The notes: generated by a model from the sequence alone, not told the origin. Shown: positions 1 to 11,821, counted from the first letter of the stretch. The stretch: 64,000 nucleotides of DNA from Octopus bimaculoides (GCF_001194135.2 NC_068987.1:51727336-51791335); one strand, 5' to 3'. Numbers and translations: made by a program.

Positions 1-18
1 TATATATATATATATATA

Positions 19-170
19 TGGGAGAATGTACGCAAAAACAACAACAGACGAGGACAGGTGGTGTAAATAACAAAAGGATGTATTAGTATGACGCTCGGGA
101 ATACGGAAAGTCTTTGACGTTTCGAGCTACGCTCTTCAACAGAAAGAATACGGAGACAAGGAATATATAT
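19..170 (-). mobile_element. Penelope-like element terminal repeat (pLTR-like), solo copy carrying a hammerhead-like motif
   Basis: Reverse complement of 19-115 aligns by eye with 53556-53630 (GACTTT..CGAGC[G/A]TCA[T/A]ACTAATAC..TTGTT..CTGTC[C/T]TCGTCT), which directly precedes a PLE ORF N-terminus; contains the motif at 111-147. Confidence 0.6.
111..147 (-). ncRNA. Minimal type I hammerhead-ribozyme-like motif with variant core
   Basis: Minus strand reads TCTTT-CTGTTGAA-GAGC-GTA-GCTC-GAAAC-GTC-AAAGA: 5-bp stem I, 4-bp stem II, loopless palindromic ACGT stem III, GUC triplet; core differs from CUGANGA (A6>U plus one extra A). Confidence 0.6.
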
Positions 171-202
171 ATACACACACATGCACATACACAAACACAC
201 AG

Positions 203-243
<41 letters not shown>

Positions 244-280
244 CATAATACATAAAAACGTGTGTGTGTTTACTGTATGT

Positions 281-453
281 GCGTGTCTTCTTGTTTGTAC
301 CCACTACCACTTGACAGCAGGCGTTGGTGTGTTTACGCCCACGTAACAAAGCTGTTCGACAATACGCATTGATAAAACATATGTCTTACATAAAAAAAAA
401 GTATTAAGTTCGATCCTTTCGACTAACATTCTTCAAAGTGGCGACTCGGCATG
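281..453 (+). mobile_element. SINE family 1, degenerate 3' half
   Basis: Similar to 61780-61930 (TTGACA..GGTGTGTTTACG..CGTAAC..TTCGACTAA..CAGCATG), preceded by a CA/TA/TG microsatellite as in other copies. Confidence 0.55.
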
Positions 454-1243
454 AAAGGAAAGTAAGTGACAAAAATTAATGAATAAAAATTATATCAAGA
501 AATTGTCAGTTCCGGTGTATGTGAAGTAAAGTCTTTCTAAGGGAAGCAATTACAAGAAAAAATATCTCGAAGATGATTTGAACTTCCTATCACGACTGTA
601 ACTTAACGAAATTAATCAGCTCACGAGCTCACGTTTGCACGGCAACATAGCAGAATAAACTTGGCAGAAAATTAACTTCCCAACGTTGTCTTAATTTTTG
701 ACGTTATCGTCAATGAAACATCAGCCTCATTGTAGTTATAACATTCACTCTCACTACCGCCAATGCAATCAGCGCTGTCAACATCAATAGCTCCTTCCCC
801 ACCAACACCACAACAGTCACCACCACCATCACCAGCAACAGCAACAACAACAACAGCATCATTACCACTAACACCGCTATAATGATGGCGATGATGGTGA
901 TATAAAATAAGTGGAATGNNNNNNNNNNNNNNNNNNNNNNNNNNNNNNNNNNNNNNNNNNNNNNNNNNNNNNNNNNNNNNNNNNNNNNNNNNNNNNNNNN
1001 NNNNNNNNNNNNNNNNNNNNNNNNNNNNNNNNNNNNNNNNNNNNNNNNNNNNNNNNNNNNNNNNNNNNNNNNNNNNNNNNNNNNNNNNNNNNNNNNNNNN
1101 NNNNNNNNNNNNNNNNNNNNNNNNNNNNNNNNNNNNNNNNNNNNNNNNNNNNNNNNNNNNNNNNNNNNNNNNNNNNNNNNNNNNNNNNNNNNNNNNNNNN
1201 NNNNNNNNNNNNNNNNNNNNNNNNNNNNNNNNNNNNNNNNNNN

Positions 1244-1300
<57 letters not shown>
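1244..1300. repeat. (CT)n microsatellite at gap edge
   Basis: Direct reading. Confidence 0.95.
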
Positions 1301-1302
<2 letters not shown>

Positions 1303-2065
1303 TTTTGTCTCTCTGTTTCTGCCTCCGTCTCTGTGTTTCTTTGTTATATATTTTCATGTTTTGTTTAGCGGAATAAATATTGGATAGTAAAAAAAAAATC
1401 TTGCAACAGATCATTAACAATATAATTATTTCCATGCTTCTACCGATGCCACAACGCATTTCAGTGGATGTGTTAAATAAATATTCGAAATTAAAAGTAT
1501 ATACAAAAATATTGATATATAGCTTAATGCAACAAACCATACAAACAGAGAGCAGAGAAAAAAGCATGTCGAAAAAATATAAAAAATATAAAATGCTAAT
1601 TATATTTTGGTTGACAATACTATTTTACAGTAATAGTAGGAGCTACAGCAATGGTAGTGGTAGTAGCGGTAGCAATTGTAGGAATGGAAAATAGTCCTCT
1701 AAATAATTGTCGCCGTGAGAAAGACATGTAAAAACTACAGAAACAGCGACAGAATGCAAAGTAGAGAACAAATTAAGACGACCGAAAGTATAACAACGGT
1801 TTATAACCTGGCCAAACACCACCGCAATACATCCAAAAACATGTCATACATAAAACGTACCAATGCAGAGATGTAAACACATACCCCATACATGGATAGA
1901 GGCACACATACACACATACGCACACAAACACATACATACATACATACATACAAGGTGGATATCTTATAAGAATACCCAGCGATTATACTTCAGAGAACTT
2001 CTCATGTAGGCGCTTGATGCAGAAAGGTACAAATACATTAACCATGGGAAACGCTGTTATGGGTG

Positions 2066-2111
2066 CTCCCATATCACGTTATTTCAGTCTATTGGATATC
2101 ATCAGTGGGAG
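2066..2111 (-). ncRNA. Type I hammerhead-ribozyme-like motif, stem II decayed
   Basis: Minus strand CTCCCA-CTGATGA-TATCCAATAGACT-GAAA-TAACGTGAT-A-TGGGAG: canonical core, perfect 6-bp stem I, near-palindromic stem III (ATAACGTGAT, one change from ATCACGTGAT), AUA triplet; stem II only about 2 bp. Confidence 0.55.
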
Positions 2112-2872
2112 GAGCCCGGTCAATGTATACCAGGCAAATATTGCTGCTTCGATATATACAATAACACCATATTTTCAGACACTGTCGTAAAAAGCAAGCA
2201 CGCTTCTTTAAAATTAATATATAGTGCTGATATATGTATGTATGTATATATATANNNNNNNNNNNNNNNNNNNNNNNNNNNNNNNNNNNNNNNNNNNNNN
2301 NNNNNNNNNNNNNNNNNNNNNNNNNNNNNNNNNNNNNNNNNNNNNNNNNNNNNNNNNNNNNNNNNNNNNNNNNNNNNNNNNNNNNNNNNNNNNNNNNNNN
2401 NNNNNNNNNNNNNNNNNNNNNNNNNNNNNNNNNNNNNNNNNNNNNNNNNNNNNNNNNNNNNNNNNNNNNNNNNNNNNNNNNNNNNNNNNNNNNNNNNNNN
2501 NNNNNNNNNNNNNNNNNNNNNNNNNNNNNNNNNNNNNNNNNNNNNNNNNNNNNNNNNNNNNNNNNNNNNNNNNNNNNNNNNNNNNNNNNNNNNNNNNNNN
2601 NNNNNNNNNNNNNNNNNNNNNNNNNNNNNNNNNNNNNNNNNNNNNNNNNNNNNNNNNNNNNNNNNNNNNNNNNNNNNNNNNNNNNNNNNNNNNNNNNNNN
2701 NNNNNNNNNNTGTATATGTATATGTGTGTGTGTGTATGTGTGTGTGTGTGTGTGTATGTGTGTGTGTTTATATACACATCAAAAGCGGTTCTCATCTCGG
2801 CCGCAGTAAAATAACTGAAACAAAGAAATAGACACACATACACATACCCACACACAAAGAGTCACATATATA

Positions 2873-3423
2873 CAGGTTGCGATGGGTGAACTGCCACCAA
2901 TTTATATTTTAATTTTGCACATGCGCATCATTGGTTTTAGATTTTGTCGACTACATAGTATGGTAGAGTCACATGGGCACCATTTGTTAGAAAACACCAC
3001 CATGGCACAATTCAGTCTGCCAGAAATTTGAAAACTTCATGCTTTGGTGCTTGTCATTCGCCCCTAACTACATATAACACCTGGCCACTTAACTACCCAG
3101 TCGGCAACACTATTGGTTATTATGTATGGGGAGCAGTGGAGCGAGAGACCAACAAATCTCCTTGTAACACTAAAGATGAACTGAAAGCAAAAATATGGCA
3201 GCATTAACCAACTTAAATAAGGAGACCATCCAATAGAGTTGCAGGAGATTCCAAAGTCGTTTGGATGTCGTGGTTGAAGTCAATGGTGATTTTACTGAAT
3301 AAATTTTCTCTAGTATTTCCAGGTACTTTTATGAAACTTTGGTAAGTATAATCGTTAAAATGAGATGTCCGTGTTATTTTCATTCTTGCCTAATTTAGAC
3401 GACATTTTATTCAGCGCATCTTC
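2873..3423 (+). mobile_element. Internally deleted Tc1/mariner (maT/DD37D-type) element, MITE-like, 551 bp
   Basis: TA at 2871-72 and 3424-25, degenerate TIRs (about 17/28); start MAQFSLPEI at 3002 joined to C-terminus TWPLNYPVGNTIGYYVWGAVERETNKSPCNTKDELKAKI (WPPNSPD.NP.DYYVWG motif). Confidence 0.8.
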
Positions 3424-3779
3424 TATATGCATCACACCCTTCCTGATACAGTTACAATGAAATGTGAAACGGAATTTGAAATATAGCAGAAAATTACGAT
3501 TCACAGTACCACCAAACTATAGGAATAATATGATAAATGAATAGAAAGAGAGATAAGTAGCCATCGAAAATCAGGAAAACAACACCTGATGATTTCGGTG
3601 AAGAAAATTTAATTCCGTAATATGGACACACAGGAAGCAAATCACAGATCAAACTCCAGCAAGTATAATTGGAACAACACGCACATATTTACAAAGGTTA
3701 AGAATTGACAATTAATGATATATTCTAAAGAAAATTTCCAAAGCTACAATCAACAAAATGTAATGTGAAACATTAGAAT

Positions 3780-4620
3780 ATTAATAAACCTAAACAAAGA
3801 GGGACTCATCGACTAGGAAAACGACTATATTACAAAGAATATATATATAAATCTAAATATGTCTATGGTGTTTATAAAAGTTTGCAAAGGGGGAGAAAAT
3901 TTGTGAAGCATTGAAAGGAACAATGGACCTGTGCATTTACATCATCTTGCCAAATAATCTGAAATTAAATCCCCGTATGTCAAACACGCCATCTGGGGAA
4001 CTGTTTAGATATCCTACTGAACTCCTTTCTCAAACTCATAAGGGACGATTTAGATATGCTAAGTAACTTTTCGAAAACAGCCAATGCAAATCTCTGTATC
4101 TTTCAATATTGAAAATCGTTATTCAAACATTCCCGATTACTTTGGTATTAAATGTACTAAATTCTTGTTGGAAAATTTTATAGTTGATCTACCATAAAAC
4201 GGATAAAGGAGTAAAGGAAGAAGTGGAAAAATTCGTTGTAGAAAGTTTTTTTAAGTTTAAAATCAACTCTTATTAATATAAATATGGGGCGCTACTGTTT
4301 CGAAAGTAAGCAAAGAGAAATTAAACGAATTGAAAACAATTCTCAATGGAATTAACAGAAATGTTCAATTCATTATGAAATATAGCCACAACTAAATCCT
4401 ATTTGTAGAGATCCTCATAAATAATTCCAAGAAATACATAGTGACAGATATATACTATAACCCGACGAACTCCAAACAATAAATATGTTTTAATTCATGC
4501 CATCCGCAACACAGCAGTGTAAAAGTACCTTATACATTTGCCAGAAGGTACAATAGATTTGTATCTGGAAAGCATCCATGAGTTAATATATCCAGAACTT
4601 AAGGTTACACTTTTCCGCAA
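3780..4620 (+). mobile_element. Penelope-like element reverse transcriptase remnant
   Basis: Frameshifted translation gives LLNSFLKLIRDDLDML..VSFNIENRYSNIP and IVTDIYYNPTNSKQ*ICFNSCHPQH..PYTFARR, matching PLE RT palm/thumb motifs (SFD...LYTNIP; TDIYYKPT...Y..F.S.HP). Confidence 0.75.
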
Positions 4621-4904
4621 GAATTATTGGGAGCAGCTGTTATTCACGGGAAAAAGTCATTTAACTTAAACGAGGCCTTTGTTAGCAAAATTAGAAGGTC
4701 TGAAACATTTTTCCACATCAAACCTTAAAATCTTCATGGTCACAAATTTCTCAGAGTTTATACATTAACAACTGCAAGTAAACTAACATACTTCTGGTTA
4801 AACTAACATGCTTGTATAAAAAAAAAATCAATACTGAAGTAGTAGGGAAGCACTATAGCTATATGTTGAGAAGAATTCTTTGCAATTCGAATAATTCACT
4901 TGTG

Positions 4905-5190
4905 GAAGAATGGGTTTTTATTTCAACACCCTGAAACAACCCTTATCACTGAGGATTTTAAACGGCATGGGCTATTCAACCTGAAGAAAATTTTAAATGG
5001 GCACCACCTGCAAGGTCTTGCGCTGTTTATCTTGATATGAGTTCACCATGTCGCGCACATACGGTTGTGATGCATGTGTCTGGTGTACCCTTATCAAACG
5101 GGTAGTCATGATGGGTATTTTGGGCTTCATATATTTTCACCCCAATGTCACTTTGAAAACATTCCCTGATCTCTCACTACATAAAACTAA
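4905..5190 (-). mobile_element. Dispersed repeat (probable LINE/SINE 3' region)
   Basis: 5082-5155 is the reverse complement of 48954-49026 (AAAGTGACA[C/T]TGGGGT..AATATA.GAAGCC..ATCATGACTACCCGT.TGATAA.GGTACACC). Confidence 0.6.
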
Positions 5191-5325
5191 TAATTTTAAT
5201 GGCGTCAAGTGTTGGAACAAGACTAGTAATTCTAGGGATTGATGTAATCGACCGTTAACATTGCTGACTTGATACCAATGTTTAACAGGCATGTTATTTT
5301 ATCGACCCCCCAGAAGAACGAATTT

Positions 5326-5362
<37 letters not shown>

Positions 5363-5363
5363 G

Positions 5364-5422
<59 letters not shown>

Positions 5423-5423
5423 C

Positions 5424-5455
<32 letters not shown>
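5326..5455. repeat. (CTA)n microsatellite ending in (CCA)n
   Basis: Direct reading. Confidence 0.95.
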
Positions 5456-6889
5456 GAACAAAATAACTCATAACATATCATAACATCATAACATAACTCA
5501 TAACACATCACACATCTTGCTTTGAGAATTCCCTAACCTTCTAGGTGAATTTCAAATCTTATCACGCCTCTTCCTTAGCTACTTCATGGGTATAAAAATA
5601 AGTCACAATTCGTTGCATGTTATTCTCTCTGCTTTGTTACATATATTGATATAGTCAATGATGATAACATCAGGAAATGTTTTAACTATATTGTTGTTCC
5701 TGAGTATTTTTCAGCTACGTTTTGCACGACGTCCTTCGTTGCTCCTGCTTATATATTTTCGTAAATAATTTGCTTCGAATGATGATTGAAACTTATACTT
5801 CTATTTATTACTTAATTACTGTTAGTTAAGCTCTTAGCAACAAAAGGTTAGGTAGTGGAAAGTTATTAAAATAAGCTCGAAGACTCGTAATTACCGATCC
5901 ACCCGGGATTAATTGATTACTTAATGTGAACATACTTGTGTGAATGAACTTTCAATATATCTGTAATTGATCTTCAATTTTTGTTAGTAATCTAAGTTTT
6001 CATTTTATTAATATTGATCAAATTGTTAACGTATTTCCAGGCATATGGTGCACAATAGCACTAACTAAAACAAGTCAGAGTGAATGGATATCTATACATA
6101 CTTTAGTATAGTGGTTAGACAATGCATTCGACGAATTAGGAATTTAAGTAAATGATTTAGAGTTGAACTTAATTCAGAACTATGATCATATATATTCACA
6201 ACTTGAGCAATTTACATTTACTAGGAAATAAGATCCCTGTTTTTTCATTAATACTTTACAAACTTCAGATGGTGCCGTATGGATTAAAGGTAAAGGAGAA
6301 ATTGACATACGTTAAGTTGCACGCGAACATTTACTTAGAGAGAAACCAGGACCAACTATTTATTCATATAAGGACATTGTAGTAAATGAAGCACTTAAGT
6401 TAATTAGACTATTTGTAGTCGAATCTATAATATAGAAGGTGGAAAATTACAAAAGGATTCATGGTAACAAAAGCACTTTAGGAGTTTAAAACGTTTTAGC
6501 CTTAGCCTCAAGATTGTTCGTGGGATTTTAATACCAATACATACTTCCCTCACAATTTTGTGGAATAAATAGTGACACACATCCATATTACTCAGCTCAG
6601 TGAGTAGGAATTATGTTTCATGTCATTAAGACACACAGAGAAAGGACGTTGAAAACTTTGTTATGTATTCGATAACCATAATTATGTCGTAACAGAACTG
6701 TCAAAAGTCGTATAATACTGATCTCACACGCAGGCTTTTCTCCCTGTAAGTCTCAAGCATCTGTCGTCCAGTAGCTATCTTTATAATCTTATAAATTCAT
6801 TGAGGCTTCGTTTGGATTTATGTGCAAGTATATATGACTATCAAAACAGAGTTAAGGAAAGATCCTACTAATATTTACATCCTAAAGTC

Positions 6890-7005
6890 GGGTACCATGT
6901 TACAGTTGACAATTATTTCATACTGCTGCAGCTTCTAGAAACCCGAAAGAAAGAGGGATAATTGCACTCATGGGTACAACAACGAGAAACACACTAGACT
7001 TTCTT
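6890..7005 (+). mobile_element. Short piggyBac-like transposase remnant
   Basis: Translation GYHVTVDNYFILLQLLETRKKEG / (frameshift) GTTTRNTLDF resembles the piggyBac G.HV..DN.FTS..L...L...G....GT.R.NR motif; only about 38 codons. Confidence 0.4.
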
Positions 7006-7635
7006 TACGGTTCCAGTATACCAAGGAAACACTTCAATAATCTTTCCCTCTTATGTTCAATGCCTAAGTCGCTGTGGCTATACAGGCATATTTCCCGAAG
7101 AATATGTCCGAAAATGCAAATATTCCACCCTGGCTTTTGGCGGTGTATTTAAACAAATAACACGCAAAAAAGAAAACACCTGCAAGAGTGCAATTAGGTG
7201 ATTGTCAATTGCTGTTTGGTTCCGTTCTGAGTCAGGTATACGACAATATCTATGTTGCATACGAAAATGTCACATGTTCAAATATTTTTGTATGGAATTT
7301 CATTTTTGTAGCTGGCATTGAAGTAAAATGTTTGGCTAAAAGTACAAACGGTGAAATAAATGGTGGTAGGAAGTCAGGTCAACGATAATGAGGCTGTCGT
7401 TTAACTCGATATATATAATTATGTCAAAGATATTCCTAGTTTGGAATACTTTTAAACTGATTGAGAGAAAGCTATACTTTTTTCATTATGTGTACATTAT
7501 AAAAATTCAGAAAATTTGAACGATATGAAGTAAGATATTTTAACGGTGGAGTTCAAAGTACATAAATCTACGAATACATGATGCTATATCTTCTAAAATA
7601 GCAATAGAGGTAATAATAACTATAACAGTAATGAT

Positions 7636-8160
7636 TGCATTGATCTAGATTCCTCTACATCCTCATATAACATATCCTCCGAAAATACCACCTCATCCAC
7701 AACAGAACACAACCCCCAAGCTTCATCTACATGTAACTGTCGCTCCAGGACAATCTGTCCGCTGCAAACACGTTGCGTAAGATATAACGTAATATACAAA
7801 TGCACTGTCACCAATCTGCTACGTAACTCTACAGCTACATACATAGGTTCAACAAAAACTTTCAAGCAACGTTATGCAGCTCACCTTCACTTTTTTAGAT
7901 ATGACAAGCACAGCAAATCTACAACTCTAGCCAACCACATTCACCACCTCAAAAACACAAATACCCAGTATACTTTAACATGGTCCATTCTGGACTCAGG
8001 AATTCCATAACAAGGCCAGCGCTCTAATTGCAAGTTTTGCTTGAAGGAGGCGTTCCATATTTGAAAATACAATTCTCCCACACTACTTAATAGGTATACC
8101 GAAGCACTTAGCACCTGTAATCACCGTTCCTTCCATACATTCAAATTCTATCACAGACAC
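7636..8160 (+). mobile_element. Penelope-like element Cys-rich linker plus GIY-YIG endonuclease
   Basis: TCNCRSRTICPLQTRCVRYNVIYKCTV..TYIGSTKTFKQRYAAH..KSTTLANHIHHLK..TWSIL..CKFCLKE..LLNRYTEALSTCNH; one stop near 8010; not in ORF track because it lacks an ATG. Confidence 0.9.
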
Positions 8161-8161
8161 G

Positions 8162-8465
8162 AATGCAGAAATGTCTATGTTGGGTATAAGTGTGCGCTGA
8201 GTGCTAGTATTACCATAGTTATAATTGTGTGAGTTTTGATAATAGAGTGAGTGTTTATGCTTATTAGAAGTTGCTATAATTGATTCGAAGCTAGGCGTGG
8301 TTGAATAAGACAATTGCAAAGTGAATCTGTTAAATATAGAATGGTATTTATGTTGTCGGAGAAGTTAGAGTCAAGTATTTTGAAGAGAGGTTTAGCTATG
8401 TTCTTAGTGTTAAATGAGAATGGGGGGTATACCTTCGGATAGAGCGGCCGCCGCTTTTTTTTTTT
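8162..8465 (-). mobile_element. Penelope-like element thumb/linker segment, inverted relative to adjacent endonuclease
   Basis: Minus strand KRRPLYPKVYPPFSFNTKNIAKPLFKILDSNF..YHSIFNRFTLQLSYSTTPSFESIIATSNK matches the PLE WFNPPFS.N...K.F..L....F...KIFNR...KLSYS region. Confidence 0.8.
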
Positions 8466-8479
8466 NNNNNNNNNNTGTA

Positions 8480-8757
8480 AATTATAATCTAAGTATTAGA
8501 ACTTGTTTCCGGGACAACAGGACAATTTGAATGGTCTTAGGTTGACATCAAGAGAAGAGGTTGAATATGAAATACATTCATATTTCGTATCAAAACCGAA
8601 ACAGTTTTACAAACGTGGAACATATAAGCTTGTTGAGAGATGGGATGATCTAGAAAGTAACAGAAATTGTGTTAACGAATAAATATTGTCTTGATCATGG
8701 ACTTTATCATTTTTAATACAGAACTTAAAATCGATCATTACCTATGCACCACCCTGA
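8480..8757 (+). mobile_element. Mariner 3' fragment with terminal inverted repeat
   Basis: LFPGQQDNLNGLRLTSREEVEYEIHSYFVSKPKQFYKRGTYKLVERWDDL (mariner C-terminus) followed by TIR-like ..TTACCTATGCACCACCCTGA and TA. Confidence 0.8.
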
Positions 8758-10244
8758 TATATATTGTTGTATTTAGGCACGATCAATTTTCTTTTGCCTA
8801 ATAAACACACGCACTATATATTTACTCTTCACTTGTTCATTAGTGTTCTTATTTGGCAAAAAAAAAGACTATCCCGAAATAGAACAATAACTGATTCAGC
8901 ACGCGGTTTCACATCAGGAATCCCATAACACAAATTGATAAACTTGTATATATGTACATATCCATATATACATATACATATACATATATATATATATATA
9001 TANNNNNNNNNNNNNNNNNNNNNNNNNNNNNNNNNNNNNNNNNNNNNNNNNNNNNNNNNNNNNNNNNNNNNNNNNNNNNNNNNNNNNNNNNNNNNNNNNN
9101 NNNNNNNNNNNNNNNNNNNNNNNNNNNNNNNNNNNNNNNNNNNNNNNNNNNNNNNNNNNNNNNNNNNNNNNNNNNNNNNNNNNNNNNNNNNNNNNNNNNN
9201 NNNNNNNNNNNNNNNNNNNNNNNNNNNNNNNNNNNNNNNNNNNNNNNNNNNNNNNNNNNNNNNNNNNNNNNNNNNNNNNNNNNNNNNNNNNNNNNNNNNN
9301 NNNNNNNNNNNNNNNNNNNNNNNNNNNNNNNNNNNNNNNNNNNNNNNNNNTATAAATATATGCACGTACATATGTAACATTGATTATATAAAGAAAATTT
9401 GTTCCAAATGAGTAGTATCAACTGATGAAGGTGTGGATGATGATGATGATGATGGTGGTGTAAAAAGAGGAGTGGAAAATTGCTTATACAAAGAGTAAGC
9501 AAGCAGAATTAGAATCGTGATGCTATAGTACGCTTTTTTAATGATGGAGATGGAGTAGCGCATGACAACAATTATCATTAAAAGTGTAAATTGATCGGAG
9601 TAAAAATAGAACATTTTGAAAAGTCATGAAATGAAATGATAAAATAAACATCAACAACTACAGCACAAACAATAACAGCAGTTAAATAACGCAAGCAAAA
9701 TTCAATGTCACAATAACCACAATACAAAACAAGAGAAACATGTGCTGTAGTTACTTGCTATATAATACTAGAGAAAGCAATCAGGAAATTAAACGTAAAA
9801 CATCAGAGGATACAACTGCAAATCAACTGCAGCATGAAGTATAACCGCAGTAGGAAAATGGTGGAGATGATTGAAGTGACACTGAGATGCTATAATAATC
9901 GAGTTAGACAGCAATGAGTTGGCCAGGTAATGTAATGAAATGTGTCAGCTAAGAAGTGATCTTTGAATGTAATTAAAACCAAATCTTATGACTTTGGTGG
10001 TTCAAGTCATTTTGTTGAAAACCATACCATATATGTACGTATCATGGATTTTCCGTTTCAAATTTCTTACCAGTAGAGAATGATACACTTGCTAAAGCAG
10101 AAACAAAGCTCTTTCTTTTGAATATTGTCGACAACAAATAAGATGTGATCATCATAGTTACGTATATATGTATGCATGTATGGAAAACAAACTTCAACCA
10201 GCTATTCTGATTATATGTCTATGCACACGTTTGAATGTGGTGTG

Positions 10245-10458
10245 TGTCAGAGGGTTTGCAAATCCAATGGGGGTTAGGATCCACAATAAGCAGAACTTAC
10301 TTGCAGGTATTGGTAGTGCAAATCATAGGTGCAATCTGTGTGGGTGTTTTTTCAAAACACTGTCTGGTTTAAAAAGCCACGTTAGACGCCATGAAAGGAC
10401 TAAAGTGTAGGTGCAGGAGGTAGTCAAACTCTGTGTAAGGAGTAGACAACCACCACCA
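10245..10458 (+). mobile_element. RTE-type LINE 3' end with C2H2-like zinc fingers
   Basis: VCVRGFANPMGVRIH and CNLCGCFFKTLSGLKSHVRRH followed by stop, short 3' UTR and ATGT tail; same architecture as 14145-14620. Confidence 0.6.
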
Positions 10459-10705
10459 TGTATGTATGTATATATGCAAGTATTTCAGCATATATGAATG
10501 CAATTACTCAAATATGTATTTCATGCATTGACGATAAAACAGAATCCTAAGAAACAAGTGGTGTTCTTCATCGGCAAGACTTGTATTATTTGGAAAAGCG
10601 ACAGATAGAGTCCCGCGTGTTGCTGTGGAAAGTGGCGCATTAGGATTTTAGATATATTTCGCTTTACAATGCAATTTCACTTCACCGTTTCTATCGGTTT
10701 TTCCC

Positions 10706-10793
10706 TATGTATGTATGTATGTATGTATGTATGCATGTATGTATGTATGTATGTATGTATGCATGTATGTATGTATGTATGTACGTATGTATG
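10706..10793. repeat. (TATG)n tract at 3' end of R4-clade LINE
   Basis: Direct reading. Confidence 0.95.
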
Positions 10794-11820
10794 CAATTAT
10801 TAATCGTTATAAATCTTCCACTGAGTGGGTGCAGGTTTCTAACAAGATACAAGGTTCCATCTTGGGATGTAGATAACACAGACAAATTCACATTTAGAAA
10901 TTGAGAATCGTCTTGCATATTTTTACTGTTCCAATCACTGACTGGATTTGTAATGTACGAATCAGCCGGTAAATTTCTCTTTCTGCAAATCTTTGTTTAT
11001 CCAGATTCTCCTTTAAGCATTTACTAATAAAACCTAGTGCTCCAATTATTACTGGTATGAATATGAATTCATAGTCTGGACACTGAAGCTGGAGGTTTCG
11101 AAGCAGTTGTCCATAGACATCCTCTTTTTGTTTGATTTTCAAAGAGATATTTATATCTGCAGGGCAGCTAATATCTATGATGGTGCATACATTTGTCCCT
11201 CTGTCTCAAACAACAATTTCCAGCCTGTTATGTTGACATTTAAAAGAAGTTTTGATGGGAATATTCCACCAGTATTCCTTGAGCTGGTGTTTATGAATGT
11301 ATTCCAAAACAAATGGATTTTCTAAGTTTATTCCAGGACAGTTGTTTTTTTTTTGCGGATGGTATTGTAAGATGTTTTAGCAACAAGATCTTGCCGCATA
11401 GAATGGGGGTGTGGAGGTCCGTGACGACATTTTAGGGCAGCTGCTAATCACATGCGTAATGAATTTCACAGAAACATGACATAGCCTACACTTGCAGTTG
11501 CACCTTGGGATTACAAGAGCATCACTGTCTCTCTTGTTCACCAGGCACTTTATGGCAATCTCCTTTGAAGCATAGCCTTCAAACTGTGATGTGATGTAGT
11601 GGTCTTGTGTCTAAGCGAGGCTGCGCTTCGTGTCAATTCTAGTGTCCTCTTCAAGCTCCCGGGCAACATACCCATGCATGGTTTTTTTTGTATGCTGAGT
11701 GCTTTTCATCCTGTTCTTCTCTGAGGTAAGAGAACCCAGCTATTTTGTGGCTGTATAGGAAATCATCAGGAAGAGAATGTTTCTTGAGGAGTTCACTGCC
11801 AACTCGTACAATGTTGCTCA
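10794..11820 (-). mobile_element. 5'-truncated R4/Dong-clade non-LTR retrotransposon (family B): CCHC knuckle plus restriction-like endonuclease
   Basis: Minus strand: PMHGYVAR..ITSQFEGY..CRLCHVSVKFITHVISSCPKMSSR (C-x2-C..H..C), WWNIPIKT..HNRLEIVV*DR..CTIIDISCPADINISLKIKQKEDVYGQL..IPVIIGALG, stop at 10894. Confidence 0.9.
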
Positions 11821-11821
11821 C

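Noticed and set aside
3586-3625. CTGATGA-TTTCGGTGAA-GAAA hammerhead-like string
   Set aside because: No stem I can be formed and stem II is 3 weak pairs.
7070-7130. C-x13-C (CGYTGIFPEEYVRKC) as a Cys-loop receptor signature
   Set aside because: FP is one position off, the conserved Asp and downstream F.SW are absent, and no other receptor exons were found.
8443-8465. NotI site followed by poly-T at a gap edge, resembling a NotI-oligo(dT) cloning adapter
   Set aside because: On the minus strand it encodes KKKRRP just before YPPFS, the basic patch expected in the PLE ORF, so it is probably genuine element sequence.
10168-10410. C2H2 zinc-finger ORF as a member of the expanded cephalopod C2H2-ZNF genes
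   Set aside because: Only one good finger, no TGEKP linkers, immediate stop and tail; the same terminal finger follows RTE RT motifs at 14145-14620.
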